Source of the DNA: Octopus vulgaris
Taxonomy: Eukaryota
Reading direction: 5' to 3'
NCBI GenBank assembly: GCA_951406725.2
Contig: OX597819.1
Coordinates: forward strand, 84,134,001 to 84,198,000
DNA length: 64,000 bases
This document shows, piece after piece, positions 54,001-64,000 of this stretch. The translations under genes were made by a program, and so were the position numbers. The notes beneath the pieces are model-generated. The model worked only from the letters and a program-made list of their open reading frames with translations. It did no database searches and was not told the origin of the DNA. The first letter of the stretch is position 1. The number at the start of each line of letters is the position of its first letter.

Positions 54001-57000
54001 GATGGTAAGTCATAAGTCAAAAGTTTGATTGTTACTGTATCTGAAGACACAGTCGAAATAATAAAGGAAGTAATGTTTAGAAACTTCCAGTATTCATCCT
54101 TCAATGAAATTAGAAAATCAGCTTCAGTTGTTATAGCCCTGAGCAGCACTAAAGGAGATATTTCTTTTGATATGTTACCATAGCTAAACTGTTCTAAGGA
54201 TTCAGGAATTGTCGAGGAAATAAAAGAGTCATCAATCTGAGAAGTTTTCTTTTTTAAATAACTAAATTGACTTTCTGGAGAGGACTTTTCAATGAACATT
54301 TTGTAAGGCATATATTTCATGATGCTGTCACCAGATGTGGCTAAATGAGAATATCCACTGAAAGTAGTAATATCTAGAGTAATTTCTGAATCTATGATTA
54401 CCACTGGAATACTATGAAAAGAAATAAAATCTGATATGCTTTTTGTTGTTGTAGTCTTTTTATAATGCGTGAAAAATAACAAGTATCTTGATATACTGTC
54501 ATGAGATATTTCTGACATACCATAATGAATGGTTGCATCAGTTACATTGCTGAAATCCATTATATATTCGTCATATATTGTTTGTTTTGTAACAGTACTC
54601 TCAGGTGATATCATCACACTGGTGTTTATAACTTGTTCAGTGAGTTCTGTTATAAATAACTTGGCAGTTGTAGAAAGTTTTTTATCAATGATAATAGTCA
54701 ACAGTTTTGAAATTGGATGACTGCTTGTCATTATTAATTTCTTATCAACTGAGATATATAATCTTTTTCTATGAGATGCTGTAAATTGTATGCTGTCACT
54801 AACTAATATATCAACAGAATAATCATGGCTTGTTGGGAAACTTGTTTTCTGATGCATATCTGAAAAAAATCTGTCGGATGCATCAACAGATTGATTTGAA
54901 ATTTCTCTATCAAATGCTGTGTAGTTACTTAATCCATAAATTCCTAAAGCTGTTGAATTCCAGGTACTAGTGGATAGATGTGTAGGTGTATAGACATTTG
55001 TAACTGTAAGGATATCACTTTCAGTTATGTAATTTGAAGTTTTATTCACAAACTTTTGAAAAATCTCTATATCACTTCTGTTGTATTTCAAAGAAGGTAA
55101 TATCATAGTATTTACACTGACAATATTATCGTCTCTAAAACTTTTCATCACATATACTTGTGTTGACAATGCACTGAGAAGAAGAGTTTCTGATGTCATA
55201 ACTTCGCTGATGTTAGATATCTTCTCTTTAGGTACCTGATCCTTTGTTATTTTATAAATTGAGAAATTTGTATATCCACTTTCAACTGATACATTTTGAT
55301 GTATAAAAAGATAGGTTATTTCAGTTATTGTAACTCCAGTTGCTACATCTGCCACAAAACTATCAGTTGTTTTAATATATTCACCACTAAATTTCACTTG
55401 ATCTATACTAGAAGTTCTCCAGGTATTTCCAAATGTTATAGGTTCTCCTAGAAAACTTTCTCTTATGCCAAGTATATCCTTGTCTGGTGTCATTTGAGCA
55501 AGTAAAGGCATCAAATTTACAAAGTATTGAGATGTTTTTTGGTCTGCCAATGATACAACAAATAATGTATCATTTGATATTATATATTCAAGTTTAGAAG
55601 GTGTAGTTGTTATGTCGGAATATTCAAATGTAATCTTTACTGGTATGATAGATGTATTTGCTTCTAAAGTTCCTCTTTCAGTTACAAGGATATTAAATAC
55701 ACTTGTTTCAGGAATAAAACCTTCTGATACAGCAGTTACAGCATCTTTAGATGCTTTTTGTTCTGGTGTAGTAGTCTTATGTGATATTGTTGAGTCTAGT
55801 TTGGAAACACCAATGACTAAATGATCATCTGTTACAAGATCTAATATAGACTTAATAGTCTCTGATACAAAAGTAAAAACCACTGCACCCTTAAGTGTGA
55901 CATATCCTGGACTATATATAATACTTACTGCATCTTTAGATGTCATATATTCTGGCATTGAGGTAACAGTTATTGTACGTTCATATGAGATATATGCTGA
56001 TACAGATTTATAAGTTGTATCTTCAGATATTAAATCTTCTAATATATAAGTGGAAGGTTTATCTTTCATTATTATATGTTCTAGTATAGAACTAAGAGTT
56101 ACCATATCTCCAGATACTACATATTCCAATGTAGGGATAGCAGTTTTTAGATCTTCAGATATTACATGATCAGATACAGAAATAACAGGTAAGGTATCAC
56201 TGGCTGTTATATGATATAGACTGAAAGTAACAGATATTGTCTCTAGAATAGAAGTAACAGGAATAGAAGTAACAGTTACTATATCTTCAGATGTGACATG
56301 ATCTTGTATAGGAGTAACAGTCACTGTATCTCTTGATGTGACCTGGTCTGATATAGACTTAACAATTATTGTATCTCCAGATATGATATGGGCTGGTACA
56401 GAAGTAGCAATTACTGTATCTCCAGATGTAACATGGTCTGGTATAGAAGTAACCATTACTGTATCTCCAGATTTAATATAGTCTAGTATAGAAGAAACAC
56501 TTATTGTATCTTCAGAAGTGACATGATCTGGTACAGAGATTACTGTTACTGTATCTCCAGATGTAACATAGTCTGGTATAAAAGAAACAGTTATTGTATC
56601 TTCAGATGTGACATAGTCTGGTATAGCAGTAACAGTTACAGTATCTCCAAATGTGATATGATCTGGTATAGAAGTAATAGCTACAGTATCTTTGGATATG
56701 ACATGATCTGATATCAATGTAACAGTTACAGTATCTCCTGAGATGATATGGTCTGATATAGAAGTAACAGTTTCTATATCTGCAAATATCACATGGTCTT
56801 GTATAGAAGTAACAGTCGCTGTAACACTAGATGTGATATGGTCTGGCATAGAAGTAACAGTTATTGTATCTCCATATATGATATGATCTGGTATAAATGT
56901 AACAGTTTCTGTATCTCCAGTTGTTATGTGAACTGGCACAGATGTAACAGTTACTGTATCTTCAGATGTGGTATGGTATGGTATAGATGTAAGAAGTACT

Positions 57001-60000
57001 CTATCTCCAGATGTGACAGTTAGTGTATCTTCAGATATGACTTGGTCTGGTGTAGATATAACAGTTATTGTACCTCCAGATGTCATTTGGTCTGATATAG
57101 AAGTAATAGTTATTATATCTCCAGACATTATATGGCTTGGCATATAAATAACAGTTACCATATCTTTAGATATCACATGGCCCACTGTAGAAATATCAGT
57201 TACTACATCTCCAGACATGTTACGTTCAATTGGCTGTACAGTAGTTTCTGCAACCCCAGACATTACATGATCAACAATGGAAATAATTGTTACTAATTCT
57301 TTAGATGTTACAGATGTCACATTTGTGTCCATTAATGTTTGCAATTTTTGTATTTCTTTTGATATATTCTTTAATGTTACCTGCTGTGATGTAGAACTAA
57401 TAACTGCTATATCAACAGACATTACATGTCCTGTTTGAGAAGGAACTCTCAATATGTCTCCATAAGTTAATCTTTTTAATGCAGTGGTAATGATTTTTGC
57501 ATCCCTTAATGTTACATGATCTTCCATGGAAATAATATCTACAGTGTCTTTATATATGTGTATTGATAGAGTAGTATTTAATAAACCTTCAGATATTGCA
57601 TATTCTGGCATAGAAGTAATCATTATGTCTTCTGATGTTATATTTTCTCCAATAGTTCTCAAGGTCTCTGGTTCAACAAGTTCTAATAGAGAGATAGCAG
57701 TTATGGTATCTCTTGATGTTACTACCTGTGTTATAAATGTAACATTTCTTCTGTCTTCAGCTCTTACATACCTCTCTACAGAAGTAACCATTTCTGTAGC
57801 ATTAGATGTTACAAGTTCCAGTATAGAAGTAGCTGTTGCTATATCAATATATACTATAGGTTTCACTGTTAATATAACATCCTCAGCTTTTATATATAAC
57901 TGAATAAAAATTTCAGTGGTTATATGTTCTGGCTCAGAAACAATAGCTAAAATTTTTTCTGATGCTTCTTTTGTAGTTTCTGTGAATGTTGTTTGTTCTG
58001 AGATAGTTGTTGTATCTCTGGATATTAGATATTCTCGCAATGAGCTAAACGAGACATCTCTGCATATCTGGTCTCGTATAGAGGTAATAGTCATCATCTC
58101 TACAGATGTTATAGGAGTTATGTAGTCTGGTGTAGACTCATTTGAGATATATTCATACTTAGAGCTAACAATTTTCATGTCTTTATATAATGTATGATCT
58201 GGTTTAACAGTGAAATTTGCTGTGTAATCAGATATTACATGTTTCAGTATAAAAGAAATTTTTACCATATGTCTTGATGTTAAATGCTTCAATGTTGAAG
58301 CAATAGTTGCTATATCTTCAGATGTGATATATTCTGGCTTCAGAGTAACATTTATGGCTCCTTTAGAAGTTACTTGCTTTGATATAAAAATGATAGTTGA
58401 TGCATCCTCAGATGTTATATTTTTCAATACAACAGAAACTTTCATGAACTCTTCAGTTGCAGAAGCAATAATAGCAACATCTTTATGTGTTACATGTTCT
58501 AGTATAAAATCAACAGTTATCACTTTATCAGATGTTATATTCATTGTATCTATAAACATAATATATTCAGGTTTAGAAGTAAAAGTCACTTTATCCCTAG
58601 TTGTTGCATATGCAGTTATACTTGTTCTCACTTCAGATGTTTCATCTTCTGGGTCGAAAGTAAAATTTACCGGAAGTTTTGATATAGAAGTAGCATTTAT
58701 GAAATATTGAAATGTTATATTTTCTGGGATAAGATGTATAGCTCTCATTTTTTGTGTAATTACATGTTTAGGTACAGATTTTAAAATGGTCATACCTCCA
58801 AATATTGTTTGATCTGATTTATCTGTAACTGTTGTATCTTCAGGTTTTACTTGTTTCTGTTTTACAGTATATCTTGCTACTTCATGTTTTAGCATAGAAG
58901 TGATAGTTGTCATATCTTCAATTAGAGTAGATTCTACTAATGAACTAATATGTATTATGCTTGTGTCTGTTACATGTTTTGTAGTTGTCATAGCAATTAT
59001 ATCTCCAGATAATATAAGTTCTTTAACAGAAGTAATAATTGCTGTATCTTCATATATTGTATATTTTTCAGGTATTACATATTCGGTTATAGATGTGACA
59101 GTTGTTGTATTCTTATATTTTATTTGATATGATAAAGAAGTAATAGTTATCCATTCACTAGCTGTTAACTTTACTGCATCTATAAATGTCATATTTTTCG
59201 GTATAGAGGTAAGAGTTAGCATATCTCTTGATGTATCATATTCTGTTATAAGAGTAACATATGTTTTGTCTCCAGATGTTTTATGTTCTGACAAAGAAGT
59301 GTATTTTATTGGATATTTAGATATTATAGGCTCTGCTGTGGCACTAATATTTATCAAATATTTAGATGTTACAAATCCCAGTATAAAAGTAACTTTTGCA
59401 GCATCTTCTGATGTAACAACTATGTATTCTGGTATAGAAGTGACTGTTACTATATCTCCTGCAGTTACATATTCAGTTGTCAAATCAATATGTTTAGATG
59501 TCACATGTTTTGTTACAAGTGTAACATTTAAGTCTCTATATGTCACATGATCATGTGTAGAAATAATTATTTCCATTTCTTTAGATGTTACATTTTCTGG
59601 TTTGAGAGTAAAACTTATTGAATATTCAGCTGTTACATGTTCAGGTATGAGAGTAATGATATGTGTATCACCAAATGTTTTAAGCCTTTGTTGAGAAGTG
59701 CCATTTTGTACAATTTTAAATTCTACAACTGTTAAATCTTTATATGTTGTGTATTCTAGTAGAAAAGTAATATTTTCTGTATCCTCAAATGTTATATATT
59801 TTGAATCAGAAGTAATAGTTTGTATGTATTTAGATGTTACATATTTCAGTCTAGAGTCAATTGTAGCTTTATCTTCAAACTGGGAACCTGAAAGATCTCC
59901 ATCTGTTTTTACCAATGTAATTGTTTTAAATATAGGACTAGTAAACATGCTGTCTTCAGATGATTTAACAGTTACATCTGTGGATGATATTTCCCCTGAT

Positions 60001-63000
60001 TCTAAAATACTTAAATCTGTTTCTGTGGATATTTTGTAAGTTGTTACAGCAGTGGCAAATATTCTTTTCCATTCAGGTATAATTAGTCTTGTATCTTTTG
60101 ATGCTTTATATTTCCATATAAAAGTAACATGAACTTTAGATGTTACAAGTTCTTCAACTACTGTTGGAGTAGCTTTTTCCATAACAGAACTAGTTGCTAC
60201 ACCTGTTATGATTTCTGGTACAATATATTGTAACTTATCTTCATATGGTTTTTGAATTTCAGCCTCCTGAGAGCTTACATGTGCTGTCATAGAAGTACCA
60301 GATACAGATTTTACTATCTGTTTAGATGTGATAGAAATACCTGATGCACGATCTTCAGATGTTAATTTCTTTTGTATTGAAGAGACAGTTATTGTATCTT
60401 TAGTTGTAATATATTCTGATATTAAAAGAACAGCTTCAGTAGGGTGGTATATTGTATATTTTTGTGTATAATTTTCAGGTTTTATTATAGACATTGTAAA
60501 TTCTCCATCTATAGATGATACTGCAGATTGTGGTAAATAAGTAACAGTTTCTGTATCACTAGACATTATATGCCTTGTTACAGAAACAGTAACAAATGCC
60601 TTATCCTCAGATGTTACATATTCAAGTATAGAAGAACCGGTCAGCTTTGACATTACATCATACAGAATAGAGCTAGCAGCTTCAACATATTCAAATGTTA
60701 CCTCTTCTGACACAACAGGTTGTTTAGATGTTAATACTTCTAATCTAGTGGTACCTAGTGCTCTATCAGCACGTGAAATAATAGTCATTATATCTGGAGA
60801 TTGGGTATATCCTGGAACAGCAACATTTGTTGTATTTTCAGATATTACAGGTTTTGTTTGAGAAGTCAAAGTTATTGCATATTCAGTTATTACAGCAGCT
60901 GATGTAGTATTAACAGTTATGACTTCAGATATAACACATTCTGGTACAGAAACAGTGATTACTACATACCCAGATGTTACATGGTCTGATATAGGACTAG
61001 TGGTGATTGCATACTCAGGTGTTGCATATATATGTCTTGATACTGAAATAACAGGTGCTGAATATTCTGACACAGAAATATTGGTTATCAAGTATCCAAA
61101 CGTTATTTGCTTTAATCTAGAGCTCACATTTGCCAATTTTTCAGATGCTATATGTTCTGATATAGAACTAACTATTGTTATATCTCTGGAAATTTCTTGT
61201 TCTGGTAAAGAAATAATAAATGATGTATCTCTAAATGTTGTCTGTTCTGTTGTAAAAATAATAGTTAATGTATCTGCAAGTGTTAAAAATTCTGATGTAT
61301 GTGTCACAGATACATTATCTCCAAATATTATATTATCTGATACCTTAGAAATAGTTATAACTTCCACAAACGTTCCATTATCTGTTACAGATTTTTGTGT
61401 AGAAATATCAGTTACTGTATCTCTAGGTGACATATGTTCTAGTATGTAAGTATCTGACATTGTTATATGATCTGATACTAATGTAACATATGTTATATCT
61501 TGAGATAATGCATATTCTGGAGTAAAAGTAGCATATGTTATATCTACTGATATATTTTCTGTTATTGATATAATAGTTAATGCATCTTTAAAAGTTACAT
61601 ATTCTTGTGTAAATATAACTGCTACAACATCTGTAGATGTTACATGTGGTCTAACTGGAATAGCCATGTCTTGAACTTTGGTTCTTAAATACTCTAAGAT
61701 GGGTGTAATAGTTCCTTTAATTATTTTTCTATCATATATTACATGTGTTGGTCTGAATATAAGGCTTTTTTCCTCTTCTGAGATTTCTTTCTCAGGTATG
61801 AATTCTTCAGTTACCATTGTTTCAATTCCATCATACAATATTGTTGTCTTTTGTATCAAACCAACTAATTGTTTTGGTATGCTATCAGATTGCAAAGAAA
61901 TTAGTTGTTCTTCTGTTGATGTAAAGATATATAGAAATGTAAGATCTTTGTGTTTTGTGTCAGTTCCTATTGTTGATTTGTATGCTTCCGTCCAGTGAAT
62001 TTCCGTCATATTATCAACTGTACTCACTGTTTCTTTACTAATCGCTGATCTTTCTCTTAAATAATCATATTTTATTTTTATCATCTCTGTGCTATCTTCA
62101 AATTTTGTTGCTGTAGTGATAGGTTTCACTGTCTTTGTTTGACTTAGTACTATGAGAGTTCCATTTGTGAAATAATAAAATAGTTTGTGAGATGAAACTG
62201 CATCTGTTGAAATAAAAGATTTTTGTGTGACTGTTAAAATGTCAGTTGCTGCTTCAATAATCACATCTATTGTCTTATTATCAATGGGTAAAATATCTGT
62301 ATGGAACTGAAACAATTTATAATCCATTGTCACAAATTGGTCTGTTAGTGACTGATGAGATAGTTCTTCCCCCAAAAATGAAGTCAAATTTTTAACTTCT
62401 AAAATCAATGTAGTTACATTCGTTTGGATGGTCGGTGGAATGCTGATTTCAATAAAAAGATCCTTTATAGTGCTAATATTTGTTATTTCTGAAGTTTGGG
62501 TTGTCATCTCAGTTGTGTGGAGTAAGTGAACAAGATATGGTGTGGAAGTTTTAGTTTTATAAGCTTTTACACATTCAGTTAAACTAATGTTGACTACTGT
62601 TACTTTACAATCAAATTGTGTTGTTATTGTAATAGAAGTTGGTTCTATCACTTTTATGCTGATTTCATATGCAGTAACATTCTTTACTTGTGGATATTTG
62701 ACAGTTTTACTAATTTTTGGTAATTTTGTATACGTTTCTGTTTCATTAGCTGTGATTTTCATTGCAGCTGCAGATGATATGGTTGGTAAACTACTAGACA
62801 TCCAGATTTCATAAAGTTTAGACTGTCTTGCTAGAAATGTTGGTATGATGAGGAATGACACTGTTACTGTCTGAGTATCAGATCTAGTCCTTGAAGAAGT
62901 TTCTCTACCGTATATCATGAATCCACCAGTGTCTGAAGCATAATGTTCATGCGATATATTTCTATAAATATTAGTTGACATTGCTATCATGTCTGTGACA

Positions 63001-64000
63001 ACATTTATGATATCACTTACAAGTAATAAATCTGTTATTTCCTTACTTTGTGATGGTGTTACTTTTGTTTGGTAACCTACAGATGTAATTTCTGTAATTT
63101 CAAATTCAGTTTTATTTATGAATGTTGGTTGTATTTTAGTGATATTACTTATATCCAATATATCTATCGATAAAGTATACCCCAATTCTTTTCTGATAGC
63201 CTTTTCACTAACTCTTTTGGAGAAAATATAATCAATAAATGGTATACTTGCACTGGAGTCAGTTAAGAGTTTTGTAATGTCAGTGACTGGAAGTGAGAAG
63301 CTTTGTTGGCTGCTATCAGTTGTAACAGTTACCATAATTTCAGTCATAACTAAATATTTTCCCATGACAGTAGCTTGGGAGAGGCTTTTAATATCAATAA
63401 AGTGCTTTGAGCTATCTGATACTAAAAGACTTGAATAAGTGGTTATTGATATTCCTTTATCTTGAATAACAGTTGTATTTATACCATCATCAGAAAAAAG
63501 TTTGAAATGGATGATTTGTGGTATTCTTTTCTGAATGTCAGTAACACCTGTTTTTGTAATTGTTTCAGTCATTTTATATAAAGCAGTTTCATCAGATTTA
63601 TATTCAATAGATTTCATTACAAGAATGGCTTTTTGTGATGTAGTGTACAAGCCATAATCAGCAATAATTAGTGCGCTCTTGATATAATCAGAAGCACCAA
63701 CTAGTGCAACTGTTGTATAATTGTCTTCATATGATTCAGTTAGTTGTTTTTCAGTTATCGTTGACCCAGATAACATTATACCAGAAGTATCTACTCGTAG
63801 AGATTTTACATCACAAGTAGCTTCAATGTGTCTTACATCATAACTAATGAGAGATTTTTGTGTTAAATCAATGATTGTAACTGATGTTGATATCAAATCA
63901 TATTTTGTTCTGTCAGAGACAATTGTTTTGGTTATTGTCTCATCTGTGACAACCATCCTCACTATAGTAGTTTGCCTGGCTACCTTTCCTTCAATAGTAA
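15041..64000 (-). CDS. Giant coding exon (>=48,960 nt, 5' end outside window) of a mucin-like, NIDO-domain (MUC4-type architecture) extracellular protein; S/T-rich repetitive stalk
   Basis: The ORF 14979..63962 has no stop for 16,327 codons, and the frame stays open to the window edge (TIEGKVARQTTIV upstream of the GTG). A strong donor AAAGAAACAG|GTAAGC lies at 15041/15040 (phase 1), matching the phase of the next exon. The exon has none of the SINEs or microsatellites that saturate the adjacent introns. Confidence 0.93.
17860..20230 (-). repeat. Coding minisatellite A: 42-bp/14-aa unit PHTSMSPVDKSTYF, roughly 55 copies
   Basis: The plus-strand unit GTGGAAAGTAAGTTGATTTATCCACTGGAGACATTGATGTGT repeats in tandem. 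Internal duplications at offsets 168 bp (18123/18291) and 378 bp (18443/18821) are multiples of 42. Confidence 0.95.
21840..27600 (-). repeat. Coding minisatellite B: 42-bp/14-aa unit IHTSMYPSNLSTSD, roughly 135 copies with higher-order repeats
   Basis: Plus-strand unit GATGTATGTATGTCTGATGTTGACAAATTGGATGGGTACATT. Shadow ORFs recur at offsets 417, 588, 1596 and 1638 bp. Confidence 0.96.
30780..36050 (-). repeat. Degenerate Tyr-rich 18/19-aa repeat zone (e.g. IKTEISDDYIGIKYLDIID / MTTLTDSDYVSVMHAATHY / MATKISSDYKKYSDIID)
   Basis: Recurring T.+S.DY...KY.D pattern with ~18-19 residue spacing in the translation; boundaries approximate. Confidence 0.6.
36100..36800 (-). repeat. Isolated island of the 45-bp/15-aa DISMPDTEVLTTEAL repeat (~15 units, 135-bp higher-order unit)
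   Basis: ACTTTGGTGCTTGGC recurs at 36361, 36496, 36631 and 36766 (spacing 135 = 3x45). The unit is the same as in the 43.1-48.0 kb array. Confidence 0.93.
37650..39900 (-). repeat. Degenerate 57-bp/19-aa repeat (SDVFSTKTPVDYSHISTGK-like)
   Basis: Consecutive 19-mers IYISSTERKSNFSYICTLE / RTVTSRVKPESHSYISFQD / SDVFSTKTPVDYSHISTGK / IDILTTGKQAKYPLTDSVE / SDIFTMEKSKVGSYVSTYD / TDVFLTQKPTNRSHVTILE. Confidence 0.75.
41050..42600 (-). repeat. Coding minisatellite C: 45-bp/15-aa His/acidic unit GPDVSTIHSEV(HSTD|QFTE), often alternating as a 90-bp dimer; degenerate flanks 39.9-41.0 and 42.6-43.1 kb
   Basis: Plus-strand unit ACTTCACTATGTATAGTACTGACATCTGGTCC(C/A)TCTGTA(G/A)A(A/C)TGT repeated in tandem. 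Confidence 0.95.
43130..48040 (-). repeat. Coding minisatellite D: 45-bp/15-aa acidic unit DISMPDTEV(L/Q)TTE(AL|IP|IL), roughly 105-110 copies, 810-bp higher-order repeat
   Basis: Tandem 45-bp unit. The near-identical shadow ORFs 45787..46410 and 46597..47220 are offset by 810 = 18x45. Confidence 0.96.
50570..51510 (-). repeat. Second block of the 45-bp/15-aa DTVTVTSIPDHVTSG repeat
   Basis: The translation shows ~20 units such as DTVTVTSIPDHVISG / DTISVASIPDYVISK. Confidence 0.88.
56050..57260 (-). repeat. Core block of the 45-bp/15-aa DTVTVTSIPDHVTSG repeat; degenerate lattice continues over ~55.6-61.6 kb
   Basis: GDTVTVTAIPDYVTS / EDTITVSFIPDYVTS / GDTVTVISVPDHVTS and similar. The decayed pattern E[HY][VI]T[SF].D... 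persists in both flanks. Confidence 0.9.

Noticed and set aside
63960-63962. GTG start assigned to the giant ORF
   Set aside because: The frame is open upstream to the window edge and no signal peptide follows, so the true start is outside the window.

Overview
This is eukaryotic, AT-rich animal genomic DNA. The SINE families and dense (TA)n tracts suggest a coleoid cephalopod such as Octopus (inference). The whole window is the interior of one minus-strand gene for a giant mucin-like extracellular protein with MUC4-type architecture. A single uninterrupted coding exon of at least 48,960 nt (15041 to beyond 64000, at least 16,319 codons, open to the window edge) encodes a Ser/Thr/Ile/Asp/His/Tyr-rich stalk built from zoned 14-, 15- and 19-residue repeat lattices with higher-order repeats. 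It splices in the correct phase to three small exons (9086-8971, 6055-5768, 1044-831) that together encode a NIDO domain. The gene start and end lie outside the window. The introns (1-15 kb) contain tRNA-derived SINEs, three MITEs, a mariner remnant, two decayed Penelope-like retroelements, long palindromes and at least four hammerhead-ribozyme-like motifs. Two of these motifs sit in a ~318-nt tandem repeat (retrozyme-like) on the pre-mRNA strand.
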